This document shows positions 23,513 through 34,389 of a DNA stretch of 64,000 nt, piece after piece. This DNA is from Octopus sinensis. Lineage: Eukaryota. Numbering within the stretch: the stretch's first letter is position 1; each line of letters starts with the position of its first letter. The stretch covers positions 75,268,001 through 75,332,000 of the forward strand of contig NC_042997.1 of the NCBI RefSeq assembly GCF_006345805.1, read 5' to 3'. The position numbers and the translations under genes are program-made. Below the pieces are notes generated by a model that was not told the DNA's origin, did not search any database, and saw nothing but the letters and a program-made list of their open reading frames with translations.

Positions 23513-24854
23513 GATTATTATTACTAATATTTTTATTACCATTATCACTACTATTATCACTATTATTACCACCATCATATTCATTATCATCACTAATATC
23601 ATTATTATGATTACCTCTACTACTATTTGCATTATTTGTCATTCCAACACGCCCTGCGTATTTGATTTCAGAAGACGTGCTATTACTATTACTACTATTT
23701 TCTATGTCATTAATGAATTTCCCATTAAAGCTTCTGCCATCATTTCTAACATTATAGTGCCTTCTGTTCAACGAAGCAATAATAGACCCTGATATTGGGA
23801 GTGACCGAGTAAGCCAGCTTGATTGTTGACTTGTTACATATTGAATAGTATTTATGGTGTTTTGGGAAATTTTCCTTGAATAACTTAAAAAATAGCTTTG
23901 GTAAACCTTTCACCCTTAATGGAAAGGGAGGGGCAAACCAAACAACTTGACGAATCCTAGACTTAGTATTAATAATGGGATTACAATATGTTGCTTGACT
24001 TGATGTACTAAATGTAAGGCCATTCCTGTTTCTATTATTATTTATATTTATATTTTTATTACTATTAGAATTATTTTTATTTCTATTCCTATTTTCACCT
24101 TCATTAGACCTAAGCCCACCTTTAAACCTCAATTCACTTTTATGATTCCTATTATTTGTGACCCCGTCCCTCCCGTCACTGTCACGATCCATGCTATTTA
24201 CATCATTACAATTCTTATTATTAATCTTATTAACGTTGTTACCATTTACAAAACCAACCATATCACATTTATTCTTCTTATTTCTAAACCTCATTTTATC
24301 AGCATAAATATTGGTCTTTATCGACTTGTTGTGAGCCCCATGGGGATCATGAGAGGAGCTTTTGCCATCCAAAATCCGTTTCGTATCATCCCTGACTATG
24401 CTGACCAATTTAATTTTTAATTTTGTATTGTGTATGTATTCAATGTTATTTGCGAACCCACTCAATTTTAAGGCATTATTGTATATTGGGGCATATTCAT
24501 TAAAAATGTTTTCATTCGCCGATAGGTTTGAGATTCTGATAGAAATTGCAGTTATTGATGGTTGATTTGGGATGATTTGAGGAAACATTGATATATTAGA
24601 AAGTTTGGTTTGGTTTTTGGAATGGGTAGTGTAAGTCAGTATTCAGATCGAGAGTGATGTCTAAGAAATTTGCCACTTTAGGATTATTCTCAAAAACGAT
24701 GCTCAAATTATAAAAGTCCTTCAGAAACTCCCTAAGGTCCTTCATTCTTTCAATCTGAGGATTTGAATGATTAGAGACAATGAACAATGCATCATCCCTA
24801 TAAATCCCTCCAGATAGAAATGGGAAAAACCGCTTAATCTTGTCCAACAGATAT

Positions 24855-25895
24855 TGATACGCCGCCACTCAGGCCCACGATGCCACCACGGGCCCTAGCG
24901 TGCAACGCATGCGCCCAGTAAACCAGAAATCCACCACGGGAAGGGGGGAAGGCAGCGAATGCAGCCAGGAACCAAGAACAACAAAAGAAAGAAAGACACA
25001 CAAGGTTGCCTAATCAAGCAATTTTTTTTTTAACAAAACAAAAGCATTCACAACAAAGATTAACAACATAATACAGAGTTCGAAAAACAAAGCAAATCAT
25101 TTACATTTAAACACATTACAGAGTTGATTCTTCCAAAACAAATCATTTACATTTGACACAGAGTTCACAATTAACAGTCTCTTAAAGTTCCACTTTTTTC
25201 TTCTTTCTTTTCTTTTCTCTCTCTTCTTCTAACACAGAGAGTTTGTTCTGAAAGATTCCTTTTCTTTTCTTTTCAACAGTCTTTCTGCTTTTTTTTTCTA
25301 AACATTTGCAAGTTCTTTTTTTTCCTTTTCTTTTCAACAGTTTACATCATAGTCTTTTTTTTTACATTTAAACAACACAATTTAACACATATAGAAAAAC
25401 AACATTTACCGTCGGCAACATTTTAACTTCACAACTCCTACTACAACAACTTGCCTGGCCGCTCGATAGTCATCTCTCTCACTGACCGTCTCTCGTCCCC
25501 ATCATCTCCAACTACACCTGTCTGTCTCTGGCCATCATCATCTCTAACTCACTCCCTTGTCCGATCTCTGCTCACACTGACCCTCTCCCAGTCTCTCGCT
25601 GACTGCCTGGCAACTTAGAGCTACCTGTATATATTACGTTGTACTGCTAGAAAAAGTGACATACCGTAAGTCAACAGTATGTAACTACCTTCCCAACATT
25701 TTTATTTTTTTAAACTTTCTGTGACCGTATGGGGCCAGAGATCAGTGTCTACGTCCATTAATAATCGTGCTCCTTGACAAGACAAAGGAAATACCACTGT
25801 TCTGAACAACTGGACTGCCGGTTCGATTTCAACTAATGGAAGAAGGGGCATAATGGTTTTTTTGTTTGTTTACATTTTCCTTGCTGTTCGTAACA
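24855..25895. mobile_element. Solo LTR, 1041 bp
   Basis: Ends TGATACG...CGTAACA (near-inverted, TG..CA), 4-bp TSD ATAT at 24851-24854 and 25896-25899, no coding content. Confidence 0.75.
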
Positions 25896-26150
25896 ATATT
25901 CAAGCAGCATGAATGACCCTGATAAATTATGTCCAATAGATATTGATATTATTCAAGCAGCAAGAATGACCCTGATAAATTATGGAAAGCACCACTGGTC
26001 TAAATCAGATTCTTTTAATTTATTCGACATTACTATGGGATCTTTGGACTCGGCTCCAGTAATGGATATTGTCCAACTGAAATAGACCAACAATATCCGT
26101 TACTTGAGCCGAGTCCGACGATCCCACAGTAATGTCGAAATAATTAAAGG
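25896..26150. mobile_element. Rearranged PLE RT fragments in both orientations (fold-back)
   Basis: + strand DIDIIQAARMTLINYGKHHWSKSDSFNLFDITMGSLDSAPVMDIV abuts - strand FDITVGSSDSAQVTDIVGLFQLD. Confidence 0.8.
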
Positions 26151-26289
26151 AATAACTGTAAACCGTTGGTATTTAAGTACCTACTTCCAAAATTTCAACT
26201 TTATGTAAAAAAGCTTAGGAAATTACAAGCAAATATGGACACTCCTCTTGAGCTTGATTAATTCAAATTACTCCTTTATATAATAATAG

Positions 26290-26490
26290 GCACTCGGCCT
26301 GAAATTATGGGGAAGTTACTAGTCAATTACATTGACCACAGTGTTCAACTGATACTTATTTCATCAATCCCGAAAGAAGGAAAGGCAAACTCAAGTTTGA
26401 TGGAGTTTGAACTCAGAACATAAAGACACGTGAAAAGTTACTAAGCATTTTGTGTGGCATCCTAATGATTTTTCCAGCTTGTTGAGCATT
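26290..26490 (-). mobile_element. Degenerate tRNA-derived SINE
   Basis: Reverse-complement homology to 891-1075, including the segment deleted there. Confidence 0.7.
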
Positions 26491-26594
26491 ATATTTGATA
26501 GCATAATCTAAATACTTAAGGGTTTAACATTTATTATACTACCTGTAACCTTGTCACTGACACAGTTTCACTGCAACTGTTTTGTGAGAAGATG

Positions 26595-26653
<59 letters not shown>

Positions 26654-26776
26654 TCTATTGAAAAGGTTGCAAGACGCAACAAAAATTTTAGAAAAAATGA
26701 GTAGAAATGGAACCAGTGAGTGTGTTAAATAATAAGGCACTAAAAGAGAATGACTCTCCCCAGACACAATATGATA

Positions 26777-27803
26777 TCTTTATATATATAAAACTGAGAA
26801 TGTGTGTCTGTCTGTCTGTGTGTTTCCCTAAAACTTGAGAACTACACAACCAATTTCATTCAAATTTTACACATGCCTTACTTAGGGTCCATGTAGTTTC
26901 ATGGGCAAAAAAAAGTTCAACTTCTTGCCTAGAGCGAGCCCATAGCAATATCATATCTTCTCCACTATTCCAGTATTACGTGCTAAAAGTGAAACAAAAA
27001 CGTTTCTCTATTTTATGTCAGATACTTTCACTTTAACAATAAAAATAATAATAACAATTGAATTATATGTAGTAAGTAATAATTAAAATCAAACTAAAGT
27101 AACATGACAAAGGTAAAAATAGCAATTGGTATAAAATTGCATCAATGACTTGAACTTGAATAAGTGGTTTCACATGAATGGGAATAAATTAAAAATAAAA
27201 ATAGCATGCAGAAATGGAATAGTCCAGATGGATAATAAATTAAATTAAAGAAAAGACTATTGTCTATAAAGTATACAATGTAGACAAAAAAAGAAGATTT
27301 GAACACATGGAGGAAAGCACCTTCGAAAAGTGTCTTGGTGCGACTATGAAAGGTATCTAATCAGAGGCGGTAAATTCGCCACAATAGAAGCAAGGTTTGA
27401 GTCAACGGAGCGTGCAAGGGAGTACTCTACTCGAACTTGCAAAGTGGAAATATTTTATTTTTACCTTTATATCCGGGATGTAGGACGTCCCGGAAAAAAA
27501 TTTTAAATGCCCATTCCCCCCCTACCCCCAAAGTAGAGGTAGGCTGGATTGTAGCCACACTTCTATACAACAGGAAGGACAAGATACAATTGATCGAAAT
27601 TACAAGAGACGGGCTAACAATTCCAGTCTGTTATATATTTTGAGTATTGTTATCACTAGCGATATCAAGATATAACTTTGTATTTTGTATTTTATGTGTA
27701 GATGTATATATATATAAACGTACATGTAATATGTACACATATATATACTCATATATACATGCACTAGCACTATGACCCGGCAACAACGCGTCTTTAATGC
27801 TAG
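26777..27803 (+). mobile_element. Non-autonomous Helitron-like element
   Basis: A|TCtttatatatataaaa 5' end, (ctgt)n, degenerate subterminal acccggcaac.., CTAG|T 3' end. Confidence 0.65.
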
Positions 27804-27890
27804 TATATATATATAATAAATTCAGGGTGAATACTTGATAAATGTAAGCACCTGTATATGCCAGCTAGTGGCATAGGTGATAGGATATAT

Positions 27891-28010
27891 GTATCAAATG
27901 AAATAAATGAAAAACAGGATGCAAAGGATTTTGCGGTACATATGTTTCGGGTTTATAGAACAACTTATTCTTACATCAATGCATAATTGATATAATAGAT
28001 ATATGTCTAT
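27891..28010 (-). mobile_element. Inverted partial copy of the PLE terminal repeat at 31165-31280
   Basis: ttgcggtacatatgtttcgggtttatagaacaacttattc is the reverse complement of 31198-31239. Confidence 0.9.
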
Positions 28011-28013
28011 TTG

Positions 28014-28047
<34 letters not shown>

Positions 28048-29030
28048 ATATATGTATATGTGTATGTATATATTGAGGTTGTATATAAGTGTATGTATAT
28101 GTATGTATACATGTATCGGGCTTTTATGTGTATATATATAATTTCCAATAGGGTTTCTATATGTATATATGGTTTTCCGTATATGTAGGTTTTTATATGT
28201 ACACGCGTTAGCCTGCAGATTCAAGAATGTATGGGCACGTAGATAAATATATGTATGAGTGCGTGTACAAGTGCGTCGCGTATGCATATGTGTAATTTTG
28301 TATTTGTATGCGTCTACAGGTGGGGGCCATATGAATGTGTTTGTCCATATGTGTATATGTGTAGGTATATGTATGTGTATCTCTGCATGTATATGCAAAT
28401 ATGTTTGTCTATGTGCACGTGTATGTATATATATATACATGTGTGTGTGTATATGCATGTATATATATATATATCGTGTATGTGTGCATATGTACATATG
28501 TATATGTTTTTATATGCATGTATATATACACGTGTGTATGCATGTGAATGGGTGTTCATGTTTCTGTGCATGTGGGTGTATATATGCATATGTGTATGTA
28601 TATGCATGTAGGTGTGTTTGTATATATGTGCCTATACTTATATGTACATATGGGCATGGGTATACGTATGTATGTATGCATGTGTACGAAGGTGTGTGTA
28701 AGCGTGAGCTTGGGTGAACATGTACTGACACATACATGTGGGTGTATGTATGTATATGTATGTGTGTATGTATGTGTATGTATATATATATGTTTATGTA
28801 GATATATATATGTATATATATATGTGTGTGTGTATATCTGTGTGTGTATATATATATGTATGTATATGTGTGTGTGTATATATGTATATATGTATGTACT
28901 TATGTGTGTGTGTATGTATATGTGCATGTATATGTAGGTACTTGTATGTATGTGTATGAGCACTTTGTGCGTATGTGTATATATATATATATGTGTGTAT
29001 GTGTGTGTATGTGTATATATATATATATAT
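28010..29030. repeat. Degenerate (TA)/(TG)/(TATG) microsatellite field
   Basis: Low-complexity sequence; source of spurious YIYI/VCVC ORFs. Confidence 0.9.
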
Positions 29031-29033
29031 ATA

Positions 29034-29429
29034 CTAGCAGTATCGCCCGGCGTTGCTCGGGTTGTAAGGGAAATAACTATATAAGCATTTTTAGAGAGTT
29101 ATAGCCAAAAAATAGCAAAAAAATGCATTAAAAATTGAAAAACAATATAGGTAAATTTTTTTTTTAAATCGTTGACACATCGTAGATATTTTTAGAGAGT
29201 TATTTCCCTTATATAAAAGCGAAAAAAATGCATTAAAATGGAAAAATATGATGGTAAATTTTTTTTAAATCGTAGACTCATCGTAGATGCGCGCTAATAC
29301 CCAGAAGGGCTCGATATGAATCATGACTATAAGATACCCGCTTTTGGTTAAACTGCACCGCAAAATGTGGGAGTAGTTACGAATCTAAATCGTAGGAGAC
29401 AGACACACAACTTCACTCTTATATAAAGA
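29034..29429 (-). mobile_element. Non-autonomous Helitron-like element
   Basis: Minus strand A|TCtttatataagagtgaag ... cccgagcaacgccggg hairpin ... CTAG|T. Confidence 0.8.
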
Positions 29430-29439
29430 TGCTTTTTTT

Positions 29440-29755
29440 TTTCAGTCATAGAGTCAGATTTATGAAGGTCTTCAGTAGAAAATCCTTCGAATTCTGACTC
29501 GCTGCTTGATATAATGAAATTCGTATCCATTTTTTGTCAGAATTACAAATTTTGAAAACACAATAGGAACAAATTTCGGAAAAAAATCTCCCATAATTCA
29601 CGGAATTAAAATTACACTTCGATTTTTGTACAAAACTGTATTTGAAGTGTTTATGAAGTATAATACGTGTTTTCACGAATGTACTAAAGAGATTTACTCT
29701 GATATTCTCATTTAAATATGAATAGGTAAATTCGGGCGGTTTGGTAACGAAAGGG
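29440..29755 (-). mobile_element. piggyBac-like 5' end fragment
   Basis: TTAA|CCCTTTCGTTACC terminus; acidic start MDTNFIISSSESEFEGFS. Confidence 0.55.
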
Positions 29756-30270
29756 TTAAACGGATGCATACATTTATAACTATATATAAGTGTTGTCTGT
29801 TTATACATAAACACTGTTTCATACTTTCAGTTTAGTCTTCCTCAAATCACTCTGTCGCTATTTACTCTCTTCCAAGAACATTTTCACTCACTCTTATCTG
29901 TTAGCTTGCCATACATTTTACTCATGTATCTATCAGCGTGATAGACAGAAATAAATATTACATCTAGTTTCACTTTATTCGTTGCACACTGTGTGTGTGC
30001 GTTTGCGTGTGCTGTAAACCAGACTAAGAAAAGCATTTGACATACACACCAGAATGTGAGTTTTCTGTAAATTTTGCTTAATTGGAGTTTAAATTTTAAA
30101 AACTGGACCTGGCAAAACCCGATGCATTCTACTCTTAAAAATGCTAGGTAAATTGTAATTGAAGAAATCCTATATTGTAGATTTCTATAACTGACAAAGG
30201 GAGGCAGATAAAATCTGCCTTTTATAATAAGAGATATATATGTAGATTTGTGTATGTATATATATGTGTA

Positions 30271-30311
<41 letters not shown>

Positions 30312-30329
30312 TATATATAATATGTGTGT

Positions 30330-31275
30330 GTGTGTATATATATATATATGTATAATTTGATAAAGGATGACTTGGGCTGTATAATAACACCAACTTCCAG
30401 ACTGTCACCAGACGCACTCGACACATTTATATATGTGAGAGTAGGTAAGTATGTAGACACAGGTACACTCAGACTAAATGGACTTAGAGCATATAGCTTG
30501 GGACTGCTATAAAACTGACCATTCGCCTACTACTATATCGCTCCTCACCCCCCCCCAGATAATTAAAAATAATTTACACTCACCACAGCATCAAAACTCT
30601 AACCCATTCTTTTGTATCTTTTTATCTTTATCTCACTTTATCTTTGTTTCCACTTTTTTATTTTTTTATTTTTCACTTTTATCTTCCACTTTTTATTTTT
30701 TTAATTATTTTTTTAGTTTTTATTTTATATTTTACCCTTTAGTTTTTGTACCTTTTACACTTTCAGAATACATTTCTAGAATTTATGACCCAGTACAAAT
30801 ACAGCCTTTGTATCTTTATATACTTATTTTTTTACATCTTTACTTTTTATTATATTTTATATTTATTATTATCCTTTATAATTATGTTTACATTTATATA
30901 TATTTTCTTTTTTGTGATCCCAACTTCATTAAAGTTTCATCCCCTTCCTCTCATTCCTTCCCCTATATGAAGTAATCTACCAAGTATCCATTCTATATCG
31001 AGTGAAAAAACGGTATGGACGATTTGTTTTGGAGTCTAATAATACTATGTATGCCTATGAAGATTTACAAACATACTTTCCCAATGAAACTCGGTTTTTT
31101 CTCAAACATTTTATAATGTGATACAAGTCTTTGGTGTAGCAATCGTACGCAGCTGAAGAAGGTTTTTGATCTATCTATATCAATTATGCATTGATGTGAG
31201 AATAAGTTGTTCTATAAACCCGAAACATATGTACCGCAAAATCCTTTGCATCCTTTTTTTCATTTATTTCATTTG

Positions 31276-31280
<5 letters not shown>
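30330..31280 (+). mobile_element. Probable PLE 3' end / terminal repeat
   Basis: Short coding remnant, T-rich UTR, hammerhead motif near the end and an inverted partial copy upstream. Confidence 0.55.
31149..31237 (+). ncRNA. Minimal type I hammerhead ribozyme motif
   Basis: GCAG-CTGAAGA-AGGTTT..AAACCC-GAAAC-ATAT-GTA-CCGC. Palindromic stem III ACATATGT; one mismatch in stem I. Confidence 0.65.
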
Positions 31281-31312
<32 letters not shown>

Positions 31313-31340
31313 CTTCAGAGTTTGTTTTCTTTTCAACTAT

Positions 31341-31580
31341 CATCATCATCATCATCGTTTAACGTCCGTTTTCCGCGCTAGCACGGGTTGGACGGTTTCG
31401 ACCGGGGTCTGGGGAGCTCGGGACTGCCCCAGGCTCCAGTCTAGTCTGGCAGTGTTTCTACAGCTGGATGCCCTTCCTAACGCCAACCACTCCGCGAGTG
31501 TAGTGGGTGTTTTTTACGTGCCACCTGCACAGGTGCCAGAGGGGTCTGGCATCGGCCACGTTCGGTTGGTGCTTTTTTTT
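31341..31580 (-). mobile_element. RTE-type SINE
   Basis: catcatcatcgtttaacgtccg...cagctggatgcccttcctaacgccaacc. Confidence 0.85.
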
Positions 31581-32111
31581 ATGTGGGGGGGGTGCATAAA
31601 TATAGGGGAGCACCAGTGGGGAGGGGTGGTTCAGAGAAATGATGACAGGTTGTAGGCAAGTAGAACGTAGGATATCGAGAGAGGGGTAATGCATGGTGAA
31701 ATAGCGTATTGAAGAGGAGGGTTCGAAGAGTAGACACCTATAATGGTGGTGGGAGAAGCGACATCCAGTATAGATGGAGCAAAATATAGAGATATCCGGT
31801 ATTGGTGGTGGTGGTGGTGGGGGTGGGGGTGGGCAGGGCGGTTGCACCGCGAAGATACGAAGTTTGATTTTAGACGAATGAAGATAGATAGATAGATAGA
31901 TAGAGAAATTTGATAAATAGTTAGACAGATAGAGAAACATAAATAAATGGTAGCCGAAGTGAAAAATTAAGCATTCAACTTATCTGCGCTCAGGACTACA
32001 GCTTGTAGATGAATGAGAGAGTGAGAGAGAGAGAGAGAGAGAACATATGTGTATTAGAGGGGACATACTTCAAGATGGCGCGAAGATACGAAGTTTGATT
32101 TTAGACGAATG

Positions 32112-32143
<32 letters not shown>

Positions 32144-32269
32144 GAAATTAGATAGATAGAGAATTTTGATAAATAGTTAGACAGATAGAGAAACATAAGA
32201 GGGGGTATCCGGTGTAGATGGTGAGAACAGTGTTCACCGGTATTGGTGGTGGGGGTGGGAGGGCGGGCG

Positions 32270-32958
32270 CACCGCGCTGGGAGAAGATGAGGTTTTTAGG
32301 CGGCAGAAAGAAGACAGGATTGAGATGAAATGCTTTGCGGTGGTGTGAATAAGTTTTTGTGAGTGGAAGTTTTTATGCTTCAGCTAGCATTTGAGACGAA
32401 AGACAACGATATGGGAATACAATAATAATAAGGCTTGCAAAAACAATGAAAAGAGGAAACAGGTCGGGAACTTAGCTGATGTTTTTCATCCTGCGGTATT
32501 GGCTAAGCCTGTGGAAGCGAGTGAAGGTGAGATATATACCGAGAGAGAGAGAGAGACAGTGAAAACAGAGGGAGAAAGAACCGACACCACATAGCGAGAG
32601 AGAGAGAGAGAGAGAGACATAGTGACACCGCGCTGGGAGAAGATGAGGTTTTTAGGCGGCAGAAAGAAGACAGGATTGAGATGAAATGCTTTGCGGTGGT
32701 GTGAATAAGTTTTTGTGAGTGAAAGTTTTTATGCTTCAGCTAGCATTTGAGACGAAAGACAACGATATGGGAATACAATAATAATAAGGTTTGCAAAAAC
32801 AATGAAAAGAGGAAACAGGTCGGGAACTTAGCTGATGTTTTTCATCCTGCGATATTGGCTAAGCCTGTGGAAGCGAGTGAAGGTGAGATATATACCGAGA
32901 GAGAGAGAGAGAGAGAGAGAGACAGTGAAAACAGAGGGAGAAAGAACCGACACCACAT

Positions 32959-32999
<41 letters not shown>

Positions 33000-33040
33000 G
33001 TGACACCGCGCTGGGAGAAGATGAGGATTTTAGGCGGCGG
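32270..33040 (+). repeat. Tandem duplication, unit about 356-374 bp (2 copies plus a partial third)
   Basis: caccgcgctgggagaagatgagg recurs near 32271, 32626 and 33004; units differ mainly in (GA)n length. Confidence 0.9.
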
Positions 33041-33431
33041 GTTGTCATCTCCTGGTTCTCATGTAGGTCAGTACTTTATGTACATATTTGTTATGCATTT
33101 TTTTTCAAGAATAGTGTTGTGTCTTCAAAATTTATGCCTGCTTAAACTTCATCACACAGTCCTATGAAAGCTACTAAGGCCAAAGTAGGTAAGTTATTTT
33201 GGCATTTGGTTTAATTCATATATTCTCTCAATAGGTGCTCCTTTAGCATTTTACAGCCCAGCAGGTCAGGAATTATTGACTTCAAAGAAGAGAATCTATT
33301 AGTTCATGATCATAGAACAAGAGACAATAGGGAGAAAGGTCTCTTTTCTGTGATCATGAACTGATGGATTTCCTCTGATCTAGTCAGTTAGTAGGAGAGG
33401 AAAATTTTGATAGAAAATAATAAATGTGTAA

Positions 33432-33632
33432 CCCTTTAGCATTCAGATTACATTGTCAAATACAGTACTTATTTATTCACATTGCTTTGAATTAATCATG
33501 TATTATATTTTGATGATTGTATATTTTTAGCATGACATTGTAGGTTAAGTGTGAGAAGCCTGATCTGACCACTTTGAACACAAAACATGTAGAATATTTG
33601 GGCCAGATATGGACAATTTAAATACTAAAGGG
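33432..33632. mobile_element. piggyBac-type MITE
   Basis: TIRs ccctttagcatt / aatactaaaggg flanked by GTAA and TTAA. Confidence 0.6.
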
Positions 33633-34389
33633 TTAATGCTTTTCTTGTTGTGTTTGAGTGTCTAATATGTGTTTTCCACATAATCTTTTTCTTACTTGGT
33701 ATGTAAAGAAACCAGGGTTTGGTTAATTACAATGACTGATACTTTATTTTATCAATCCCAAAAGGATGAATGTTAAAGTTCAGCAGGAATTGAACTCTGT
33801 ATGTAAAGAGCTGCAACAAGTTCAGAAGTGATTTCTTTCAACTGCTCAGAACCAAAAATTCATTGAGGATTAAATTTAATGAAATTGAATCCAGCATGTG
33901 ATTGGTATTTATTTCCTTTCTCCAGGTAGGAAAAAAAGACAAAGTTGGCTGCAGTAAATATCAATCTTAAGAATGTAGAAAAATTAAGCTTATAACTTTG
34001 AGGTCCTTTGCCTTGTACTCTTCCATTTCTGCTCCTCTAAATTAGGATACAGAGTCATTTGGTATGAATACCACAATATCTCTTTGTAATTGTGCTATCT
34101 TTAGATATAGTACTGTTTTTCTTGTGAAGATAATGTAATTGTGACATTAGAATCCAGACATTAGAAAATGCTTATTTACTATATATCCAAGCACCAATTT
34201 TTCTGCCTTTTGATTGTTGAGTTGGTTGTTTGTTTCCTCGAGTAGGTCTGTTAGAAAGTAAAGCCTGCAATATCTGAAGTGCTGGTCTAAACAAAAGGAC
34301 CTCTTGAAAATAAAAAATGCTGTGGTTTTTACTTGTGTGGAAGAGAGTGCATCGTTGAAAGTGCCAAACGTTGGATAACAATACCCTCT

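Larger units (their letters stand above)
21950..24854 (-). mobile_element. Penelope-like element: RT C-terminal half, GIY-YIG endonuclease and 3' terminal repeat
   Basis: GIYRDDAL, NFLDITLDL, WFAPPF, CNCRDPSVCPISGNC, LLYKC..KIYIGSS..FKQRYRSH. Confidence 0.9.
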
